Shown here piece after piece: positions 18,105-26,800 of a DNA stretch of 56,042 nucleotides. Positions within the stretch are counted from its first letter, which is position 1, and the number at the start of each line of letters is the position of its first letter. This stretch comes from Actinomycetota bacterium (lineage in GTDB: Bacteria; Actinomycetota; Acidimicrobiia; IMCC26256; VFJJ01), in assembly GCA_009886115.1 (NCBI GenBank), contig VFJJ01000063.1, forward strand, positions 1 to 56,042, given 5' to 3'. The notes under the pieces are model-generated. The model was not told the DNA's origin. It saw only the letters and a program-made list of their open reading frames with translations, and made no database searches. A program made the translations under genes and the position numbers.

Positions 18105-20037
18105 CGTCGAGTCCAACCAGGGGCGCGATCTCGCTCACGGATCGTCGCCCAGCGCGATGGTTCGACCCTCGGTGGCATCGGCGAAGCCGGCTCCGGGCCC
18201 CCTGCAGGGCAACACCACCGTGGTGGCGATCGTCGGTGCCGGCCGCAGCGGCAGCACGCTGCTCGGTGCCCTGCTGGGTCAGAGCCCCGGCGTGTTCAAC
18301 GCCGGCGAGGTTCGCTACCTCTGGGACCGGGGCTTCGTCGAGCGGCGCCTGTGCGGCTGCGGCGAACCCGTTCCCCGATGTCCCGTCTGGTCGAGCGTGG
18401 CTGAGCAGGTCGGGACGCCCGTGCTGGAACGGATGCGCGATCTCCAGCGTCGGTACGGCCGGATCCGGCACGTTCCGATCGCGCTGGCTGGGCAGATGCT
18501 GCCGTCGATCATCGAACGGCGTGTCGGACAGGATCTCGAAGCTCTCGGTGCCCTGTACACGAGCATCGCCGCCGCCTCGGGCGCTCGGGTCATCGTCGAC
18601 TCCTCCAAGCTCCCGCTGTACACGCAGAGCCTCCGGCATGCTCCCGGCATCGACGTCAAGGTCCTCCATCTGGTCCGAGACTCACGAGCGACGGCGTTCT
18701 CGTGGCAACGCAAGAAGGCACTGACCGACGGCGCCCCCCGGGAGTTCAAGGAGACGATGTCGCCGGTGCGCAGTGCTGCGTTGTGGACGATCTGGAATTC
18801 GTTGTGCGACGGATTGTTCGCTACGGGGCCCGACTTCCGGCGCGTGCGCTACGAAGACCTCGTCGAGCATCCGTGGGCGACCCTGGCAGCGCTGCACCGC
18901 TGGATCGGGGTCCCGATGGATGACAGGATCTTCGTGGGCCAGCACCGGGTCGTACTCGGGGCAACGCACACCGTCGCCGGCAACGCCGACAGGATGCGGA
19001 CGGGCACCGTGGCGATACGCCCCGACGACGAATGGCGTCACGCCCAGACCGACGAGGTTCGCCGCACGGTCACCGCCATCAGCTGGCCGATGCTGGTTCG
19101 TCACGGCTATCCGATCCTCGACCCGATCGGGCGGACCTCGCTACACCTGCGCTTCCTGCGGATGCGCGGGCTCCCGGCGTTTCTCGAGGAGAAGCGCTTG
19201 AGTCCGCGTGCGTTGGCGTCGGGAACGGTCGTGGGTCTGCGCCGACGCGCCGAGCGCGGCGAGCCGGGGTCGACCGTTCCGCTGTGGCTCGTCGGTGCGC
19301 AACGCTCGGGCACGAACATGCTCGTCAACGCGTTCCGCTGCGCGCCCGAGGTCGAGGTGCGCAACGAGACCGACCGGGCCCTGTTCCGAGACTACGAGCT
19401 GCGAACGGACCGGGTGGCTGCCGCGGTGTCGGCATGTCGCAGCCCGGTGATGCTGGTCAAGGCGCTGTGCGACTCGCATCGCGCCCGATGGATGCTCGAT
19501 CTGCCCGGCACGACCCGGGTGCCCCGCATGATGTGGATGTTCCGCGGTGTCGATGCCCGAGCCCAATCGGCCGTCACCCGCTTCGGCCACGCCAACCAGT
19601 ACGCGCTCCGAGCGATCGTGTCCGGGAACGGCGATCATCTCTGGCAGGCCGGTGGCTTGTCGAGTGCCAATCGGCTGCTGCTCGAGCAGGTCGATGCCGA
19701 GCACCTCGACCCGCTCTCGGCGTCGGCGTTGTTCTGGTACCTGCGCAACAGCTTGTACTTCGAGCTCGGGATCGATCAGCGTACCGACGTCGTGGTCGTG
19801 TCGTACCAGCGCCTCGTCGAAGACCCGATCGGTGAGTTGGCATGGATCACCCGATTCGCCGGCATTCCCCTCCGGCCTTCGATGGCTCGCCATGTCGAGC
19901 GAGGTCGGGGCGGCGACACCGGCCCGGCAGTGATCGCGCCTCGTATCCGCGAGCTCTGCGAAGCGATGGATGCCCGGTTGACGGCGGTCTCCGCCCACCA
20001 TCGACGTCTGCACCTGCAGCCAACCATCGTGGCCTGA
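18091..20037 (+). CDS. Two-domain sulfotransferase
   Basis: GGAGG RBS. Domain 1: GAGRSGST, CGCG..CPVW, IVDSSK, HLVRDSRATAFS, VRYEDLV. Domain 2: LVGAQRSGTNML, FRGVDARAQS, VSYQRLVEDP. Confidence 0.85.
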   Translation: MGATDVESNQGRDLAHGSSPSAMVRPSVASAKPAPGPLQGNTTVVAIVGAGRSGSTLLGALLGQSPGVFNAGEVRYLWDRGFVERRLCGCGEPVPRCPVWSSVAEQVGTPVLERMRDLQRRYGRIRHVPIALAGQMLPSIIERRVGQDLEALGALYTSIAAASGARVIVDSSKLPLYTQSLRHAPGIDVKVLHLVRDSRATAFSWQRKKALTDGAPREFKETMSPVRSAALWTIWNSLCDGLFATGPDFRRVRYEDLVEHPWATLAALHRWIGVPMDDRIFVGQHRVVLGATHTVAGNADRMRTGTVAIRPDDEWRHAQTDEVRRTVTAISWPMLVRHGYPILDPIGRTSLHLRFLRMRGLPAFLEEKRLSPRALASGTVVGLRRRAERGEPGSTVPLWLVGAQRSGTNMLVNAFRCAPEVEVRNETDRALFRDYELRTDRVAAAVSACRSPVMLVKALCDSHRARWMLDLPGTTRVPRMMWMFRGVDARAQSAVTRFGHANQYALRAIVSGNGDHLWQAGGLSSANRLLLEQVDAEHLDPLSASALFWYLRNSLYFELGIDQRTDVVVVSYQRLVEDPIGELAWITRFAGIPLRPSMARHVERGRGGDTGPAVIAPRIRELCEAMDARLTAVSAHHRRLHLQPTIVA

Positions 20038-20066
20038 CCCCTGACCCCTGACCCCTGACCCCTGAC
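20033..20066 (+). repeat. 7-bp tandem repeat (CCTGACC) about 5 copies between convergent genes
   Basis: Directly visible, starting at the stop codon of the sulfotransferase. Confidence 0.9.
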
Positions 20067-20120
20067 GCGGCGGCGCTGGCGACCCAACAGGCACCCGCGC
20101 CCCTACCGGGTTCGCGGCGG

Positions 20121-21839
20121 TCAGGCCGAGCTGGTCCCGTCGAGGTCGACCGGACCGACGGGAGACGTGACTCGACGAGCCGGTTGGAGCTGCCAGGTCG
20201 ACGCGTCCACCAGCTCGGTGCCGAGAGCGCCGATCGCTCGGCCCGTCCCGGCCGAATCGAGCAGCCACACCGCCGTGGTGTTGGCGGCCACCTGGACCGA
20301 GACCGTCGTCCGCAGCGCCCGGCACCACAGCGCCGTCCGATCGGGATCGGCGAGTTGCGTCGACCGGGCGGCCAGTCGGGCATCGCCGAAGGGGATCCAC
20401 CGACCCCGATCGGTGAGGACCGAGTAGCCCCGACCCGAAAGGGTCGAGCTGATCCCCACCGGCCGCTCGGTGGTCACGACACCGAACGGGCTCACCTCGG
20501 CGTTCAGCGGGACGTCGCCCAGATGCGGGGCCGCCCCGACCGCCTCGACCCGCCCGTCGGAACGGAGCAGCCAATACCCCGGCCCATCGGCCATGGACGC
20601 GATGTCGAGGTAGCTCGCCGCCTCCGGCTGACCGGCCGCGACACCGACGAGCAAGGCGCTCGCTCGCCACACGCCTTCCGTGACAGCGCTGCCGCGGGCC
20701 ACGACGGAGCCGTCGGCGAGCAGGACCCACAGGCCCAGGCCGTCCGACGTCGACGCGGCGCCCACGATGGGGTCCGAGAGCTCCCGGATCGACAGGCGGT
20801 TCAGGCTGGGCGCGTCGCCGTGCGCGACGATCACACCGAGATCGTCGATCTCCCACGAGCCGGCCCGGCGCCGGGCGGGGGCAAAGGCTGCCAACGTCGT
20901 CGCCCGTTGCCAGGGCCTGACCGTCCAGGCGCCGTCGATCGAGTCGACCGGGGCGTCCTCGACCGGGCACAGGACCTGCTCGGGCGCGGAACGGTCGGCG
21001 GCGACGAGGCTGGGGTGGGGGTCGACGGCGATCCCGTCGGGGTCGCGGATCTCGAAGTGCAGGTGGGGTACGGCCATCTCGGCGTTCCCGCTGTCGCCGA
21101 GGAACCCGATGGGCTCCCCGGCCTCGACGGCGACCCCGGCCTCGATACCCGGCCGGATCTGCAGGTCGGCCGGTCCGTCGTCGTCGTCGGTTCCGGGATG
21201 ATCGTTGTTGAGGTGGAGGTAGACGTACCGGTAGCCGTCGGCGTCCTCGATGACGATCCCGCCACCGGCCGTCTCGGTCGGGCGCGACTGCGCCGTGATC
21301 GCAGACACGATGGTCCCGTCCACGGCGGCGACGACCGTCTGGAGCTTGGAGCCCACGATGTCGTTTCCAGCGTGGGTGTGCCCGTCACGGGGGTCACCGA
21401 AGTCGGGCTGGAACGAGGTCGCTCCGGCCACCGGGAACTGGATTCTCCTGAGCACCGGCGGAGGTACGGGTACCTCCGGAGGCACGGGTACCTCCGGAGG
21501 CGCGATCTCCTCGGACGGCTCGGCCGCGAGCACCTCGGCCGCGGGCGGCTGCGGCTCGGACGCCGGGCCAGGGTCGCCGGGATTCGTGGAGGGCAGCGGG
21601 CCGGTGCCAACGCTGGCGATGCTGGAAACGGTGGTGACCACGGTGGCGACCGGTGCCGAGTGATCCGTCGGCTGGTCGGTGCCCCCCACATCGGCCTGGG
21701 CTGCTGACGCGAACGCGACGGCGACGATCGAGGAGATTGCTGCCCATCGGACCCGGGGAGACAGACGCACGCAGGGAACCGTAGGGGCCAACATGCGGTG
21801 GAACTCGTCACCGGGCGTGAGTGTTCGGCCAGTGCTCAC
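20121..21839 (-). CDS. Secreted M23 metallopeptidase with degenerate C-terminal YWL repeats (start may be 21794)
   Basis: HAGNDI (HxxxD), VVAAVDG, YVYLHLN, IGFLGDSGNA, PHLHFEIR; GYWLLRSDGRV..VGAAPHLG repeats. Confidence 0.85.
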   Translation of the reverse strand: MSTGRTLTPGDEFHRMLAPTVPCVRLSPRVRWAAISSIVAVAFASAAQADVGGTDQPTDHSAPVATVVTTVSSIASVGTGPLPSTNPGDPGPASEPQPPAAEVLAAEPSEEIAPPEVPVPPEVPVPPPVLRRIQFPVAGATSFQPDFGDPRDGHTHAGNDIVGSKLQTVVAAVDGTIVSAITAQSRPTETAGGGIVIEDADGYRYVYLHLNNDHPGTDDDDGPADLQIRPGIEAGVAVEAGEPIGFLGDSGNAEMAVPHLHFEIRDPDGIAVDPHPSLVAADRSAPEQVLCPVEDAPVDSIDGAWTVRPWQRATTLAAFAPARRRAGSWEIDDLGVIVAHGDAPSLNRLSIRELSDPIVGAASTSDGLGLWVLLADGSVVARGSAVTEGVWRASALLVGVAAGQPEAASYLDIASMADGPGYWLLRSDGRVEAVGAAPHLGDVPLNAEVSPFGVVTTERPVGISSTLSGRGYSVLTDRGRWIPFGDARLAARSTQLADPDRTALWCRALRTTVSVQVAANTTAVWLLDSAGTGRAIGALGTELVDASTWQLQPARRVTSPVGPVDLDGTSSA

Positions 21840-21919
21840 GCCGAGTTTCCCGTCCCGCTACCCAGCGGTCGGTGACGCTGAAACGGGAGCCCGCTGGTGG
21901 GGACGAGGCGGAACGTACC

Positions 21920-21952
21920 CTTCGCGCACACTTCACGCGTTGGCCAGCTTGG
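21920..21952 (+). promoter_or_regulatory. Possible PHO-box-like repeats upstream of phoX
   Basis: CTTCGCGCACA / CTTCACGCGTT / GGCCAGCTTGG in 11-bp register. Confidence 0.35.
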
Positions 21953-22044
21953 CGCCGCCGTGTCGTTCCTGACGCTTCGTAGGTTCGGGGTTGCGGTGCG
22001 GTGTGCGCCGCTTCTCGCAGAGCTCGTTGCCAGGAGGCATACCC

Positions 22045-23613
22045 ATGAAGCACCCCAAGTTCAGCCGACGCTGGCTGGCGGTGACCGTCGCAGCCGCCGC
22101 AGCCACCGGCATGATCGCCAGCCCGGCGATCGCTGCTCCGCCGAACACCGGACCCACGACCAACGTCGATCCGTACATCCTGGGGGTCGGGCCCGGCGTG
22201 GCGACCACGTCGCTGCTCACCGTCAACGATCTGCCCGCGGGCAACGGCTACAGGATGGTCGGCATCCCCGATGGGCTCGGCGCCTTCCTCAACAGCAACG
22301 GGCGCGTCGTCGTCCAGATGAACCACGAGCTCCAAGCGACAGCGGGCATCGCTCGCCGCCACGGCAAGATCGGCTCGTTCGTCTCCCGCGTGGTGCTCAA
22401 CCCGGCCAACCTGGCGATCACGAGCGGCAAGGACCTCATCTCGCCCGACATCAAGTACTGGGACTACGCGGCCGGGGCCTACACCTCGACCGTCCCCGCT
22501 GGTCAGATCGCCGAGTTCGGCCGCTTCTGCTCGTCGTCGCTGACCGACCCCGGCCAGCTCTTCAACGCTGCCACGGGCAACGGCACCCGGACACAGATCT
22601 ACTTCGCCAACGAGGAGACCGGGAACGAAGGACGGGTCTTCGGCGTGCTCCCCAACGGCGTGACCCGGGCCTTGCCCCGCCTCGGCCTGTTCTCGTGGGA
22701 GAACACCATCGCAGCTCCCAACCAGTCCGACACCACGTTGGTGATGGGACAAGAAGACGGCGGCGTCGCCGAGCTGTGGGCCTACGTCGGCCGCAAGAAG
22801 GGCACCGGCAGCGAGTTCTTCAAGGCCGGTCTCACCAACGGCGTCAACTACACCGTCAAGCTCCCGAGTGGCCAGGTGACCGACGCCGCGTTCCGCGCCG
22901 CGTACAACGCCGGCGACGCCGTTCCGTTCGTGCTGACCCACAACGAATGGAACCAGACCGGAGCGGCGCAGAACGCCGAAGCCGTCGCCGACGGCGCGCT
23001 CGCCCTCAACCGCATCGAAGACGGCGCGTTCGATCCCAACAACAAGAACGACTTCTACTTCGTCACCACCTCAGGTGGCGAAGGCACCGGCACCGGTGGC
23101 GGTGGCGGTCTGTGGAAGCTGAGCTGGACCAACATCGAGCAGCCGCTGCTCGGCGGCACGCTCACGCTGATCCTCGACGGCACCCAGACCTTCACGACGG
23201 CGACCGGCACCACCACCATCGACTCGCCCGACAACCTGGAGATCGACTCCTCCGGCAACATCCTCATCCAGGAGGACCCGGGCAACAACGTCACCCTGGC
23301 CGAGATCCTCGCCTACCGGATCTCCGACGGGGCTCGCGCTGCACTCGCCCGCTTCGACGCCAACCGCTTCCTCATCGGTGGCTCGTCGTACATGGGGACC
23401 CAGGACGAGGAGTCGAGCGGGATCATCGACGTCGAGGACATCATGCCGCGGGCCGGCAAGGACGGCGTGTTCCTCTTCGATGCCCAGATCCACACGTCGA
23501 CCGGCCTCCCGGCCGGCACCGGTCCGGGCACCGTCCAGGAGCTCGTCGAGAACGGCCAGCTGCTCCTGCTCGAGGTCGACGACTGGGCCGCGGTGTACGC
23601 CGCCGGCGTGTGA
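22045..23613 (+). CDS. phoX: PhoX/DUF839-family secreted alkaline phosphatase
   Basis: AGGAGG RBS; SRR twin-arginine-like signal; metal-ligand motifs NHE, RFCS, NEE, WEN, GQED, RIEDG, PDNL, IQED and ESSG in PhoX order. Confidence 0.75.
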   Translation: MKHPKFSRRWLAVTVAAAAATGMIASPAIAAPPNTGPTTNVDPYILGVGPGVATTSLLTVNDLPAGNGYRMVGIPDGLGAFLNSNGRVVVQMNHELQATAGIARRHGKIGSFVSRVVLNPANLAITSGKDLISPDIKYWDYAAGAYTSTVPAGQIAEFGRFCSSSLTDPGQLFNAATGNGTRTQIYFANEETGNEGRVFGVLPNGVTRALPRLGLFSWENTIAAPNQSDTTLVMGQEDGGVAELWAYVGRKKGTGSEFFKAGLTNGVNYTVKLPSGQVTDAAFRAAYNAGDAVPFVLTHNEWNQTGAAQNAEAVADGALALNRIEDGAFDPNNKNDFYFVTTSGGEGTGTGGGGGLWKLSWTNIEQPLLGGTLTLILDGTQTFTTATGTTTIDSPDNLEIDSSGNILIQEDPGNNVTLAEILAYRISDGARAALARFDANRFLIGGSSYMGTQDEESSGIIDVEDIMPRAGKDGVFLFDAQIHTSTGLPAGTGPGTVQELVENGQLLLLEVDDWAAVYAAGV

Positions 23614-23852
23614 CAGTCCGGCTCCCGATCGACCGGCTGCTCCGTTGAACCACCAGCGTCACCGGTGTCACCGGTGTCAAGGGCTTCACCAGGCAGGACC
23701 GGCTCAGGGTGAGCGATACGCCGCCAGGAGCTGAGAGCAGTTCCCCCCACCGGCAACGTGGTGCCCGCCCTCTCCCGCCCCCCGGGGCGGGCACCACAGC
23801 CCGGACCGCCGCAGCACACCGTTTGCGGCTCGCGCCCCCCAGGAGCACACCA

Positions 23853-26800
23853 ATGCCGCTGTCGAGACTCCGCCGCTTCGTCGCTCGCCGGAGCTGGCGC
23901 GATTGGGCACTCGTCGTCGCCCCGTTCCTCGTGGGCTCGATGCTGATCGCCTCGACGGGCGGATCGCGCGCCACGGCCGCTCCGGTGTTCGACCCCCACC
24001 CGGTCCGCGTGCTCGGCGGGCCCGGTCACGCCGGTCTCTACGGCTGGGGTGTGGCCCGGATGCTCGACGGCACGATGCTCGTGGGCGACTACCTGAACAA
24101 GCGGGTCGTCCGCTACGACAGCGACGGCACACCGTTGGGAACCTTCATCAACAACGTCGGCTACGCCGACAGCCAGCACCAGTCGCCGTACGGGATGGGC
24201 GTCGACCCGGTGACCGGCGACATCTACCTCGCCGACACCGACAACCGCCAGGTCGACAAGTACTCGGCCGACGGCACCTATCTCCTGTCGATCGGCACGG
24301 TCGGCACCGGGCCGGGGAAGTTCCAGTACCCGTCGCGTGTGGCGGTGAGCCCCGACCGGCGGGTGTACATCGTCGACAGCTGGGACCACCTGGTCTCGGT
24401 CCACCAGCCCGACGGCACCGAGCTCTTCGCGTTCGGAGGCCTGGGCTCGGGCAACGGCAAGTTCCGGCAGATCCACGGTGCCGCGTTCGACGCCGCCGGT
24501 CGGATCTTCGTGGCCGACGAGGGAAACAGGCGGATCCAGGTCTTCGACGGCTCCGGCGTGTTCCTCTTCAAATTCGGCTCGGAGGGCTCGGGTCCGGGCC
24601 AGTTCCTCTTCGACCTGCGCGGCGTGGCCATCGACCAGGCTCAGGGCTGGGTCTACGTGGTCGACGCCGGTGGGAACCAGGTCGAGAAGTTCGACACGTC
24701 GGGCAACTTCATCGAGAGCATCGGCTCCGAGGGCATCGGTGACGGCCAGTTCACCGACGGCGGGCGCGAGATCGCTGTCGGGCCCGACGGCCGGATCTGG
24801 GTGGGCGACATGCCCAACTTCCGCGTCCAGGTCTTCGAGCCCGACGGCACGTTCGCGTTCCTCCGGCCCGATCCCCCGGCGCCGCCGCCCCTCGGCCGCT
24901 TCAATGCGCCGCGAGGCGTCGCTGTCGACTCCAACGGCGCGATCTTCGTCACCGACACCGCGAACCAGCGCATCCAGAAACTCGATGCCAACGGTGAGTA
25001 CCTGGCCGGCTGGGGCTCACGCGGCCGTGGCAACGACCGGTTCAACTACGCCAGGTTGATCGCCACCGACCCCGTCTCGGGCGATGTCGTGGTTGTCGAC
25101 ACCGACAACCACGTGATCAAGAAGTTCACCGGTGATGGCACGTTCGTCTGGGCTGCCGCAGGAGTTCGGGGCTCGGGCGTCAACCAGATGAGGAACCCCC
25201 ACGGCGTCGACATCGCGCCGAACGGGACGATCTACGTGACCGACGCCAACAACGATCGCATCGTCGTGCTCGGCTCGGACGGATCCTGGATCGGGAGCTT
25301 CGGCACCAGCGGAACGGGAGACGGGCAGTTCCTGTTCCCCCGTGGCGTCGCCGTCGACCCGCTCGACGGGACCCTCTGGGTCTCCGACTCCAACCGCAAC
25401 GACGTTCAGCACCTCACCGCCAACGGCGTGTTCATCAGCCGTTTCGGCTCCGCCGCGCTCGGGCCCAACCGGCTCCTGCGCCCGTTCGACGTCGAGGTCG
25501 GTCCCGAGTGGATCTTCGTGGCCAGCTCAGGTACCCATGAGGTCAAGGCCTTCGACCGGACAGGCACCTATGTCGGCACGATCGGAGGGTTCGGCACGGG
25601 TCTGGGCCGCCTGAGCATCCCCCAGGGCATGGAGCTCACACCCGACGGGCATCTCTACGTGGCCGAGCAGGGCAACGACCGGGTGACGGAGTTCGCCTTC
25701 CAGGCCCTCGGAACCAGCGGGACGGTGCCCAGCGAGGTGGCCTCCTTCGGCGGTCCTGGTCACGCGGCCATGTATCCCTCGGGCCTCGAGACCACTCCCG
25801 GCGGGGGGATCGTCGTCGCCGACACCGGCAACAGCCGGCTCCGCCGCTACGACGCCAGCGGAGCGCTCCTGTGGAGCGTCGGGGGCCAGGACGACGGGCC
25901 GGGCGAGCTCGACAACCCCCGCGACGCGGGCGTCGACCCCGTCTCGGGCCAGATCTACGTCGCCGACACCGGGAACAACCGCGTCGCGGTGTTCTCGGCG
26001 GCTGGCGCATACCTGTTCAGCCTGTCGCCCCCCGACGGGGCCGCGTTCAGCTCGGTGATCGGTGTCACCGTGCGCAACAACCGGGTGCTGGTCGCCGACG
26101 CGGGTCGCCAACAGGTCAGGATCTTCAACCTCGCAGGCAACCACATCCGCTCGTTCGGCAGCAGCGGCGCCTGCGTCGTCGGACAGCTCCGCGACATCGA
26201 CGCCGACGCCTCCAACAACGTCTACATCGCGAACTACACGCTCAACACGATCGTCAAGATGTCGGGTACGGGGACCTGCCTGCTCTCCTGGGGCACCAAG
26301 GGCACGGGGCCGGGCCAGTTCGCCAACCCCTACGGTGTCGCCGTCGAGACTCCCCCGGGCGGTGCCGCGCGGGTGCACGTGGCCGATTCGAACAACAACC
26401 GGGTGCAGGTGTTCACCACGGCCGGGGTCTTCGTCGAGGAGATCCCGATGTCGCTCGCCGGGGCGCCGGCCAGCGCGTCGCCGGCTCTGCGACGAGTTGC
26501 CGTCGACAGCGCAGGGGCCGTGTGGATGGCCGACCTGTGGGGGAATCGGGCGATCAGGTTCACCGGCGGCGCCGGGGCCTGGACCGCCGCGCAGACCATC
26601 GGCGGGACCGCAGCCCCGCTGGCTCCGACCCAGGTGTTCAACGAGGTGCGCAGCCCCACCTTCACCGCCGCCGGCGATCTCGTCGCCGTCGACACCGTGA
26701 ACCACCGCATCGTGACGTTCGCGCCCGACGGCTCGATCGCCTCGACCTGCGGGAACCGCGGCTTCGAGGAGATCGGTGGGTTCAACTGGCCGCGTGGTGT

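Noticed and set aside
21814..21900. c-di-AMP (ydaO) riboswitch before the M23 gene
   Set aside because: A GGCGTGAG/CTCACGCC hairpin exists, but the conserved ydaO segments are not found. The TTGGGGTGAA at 35304 is likewise isolated.
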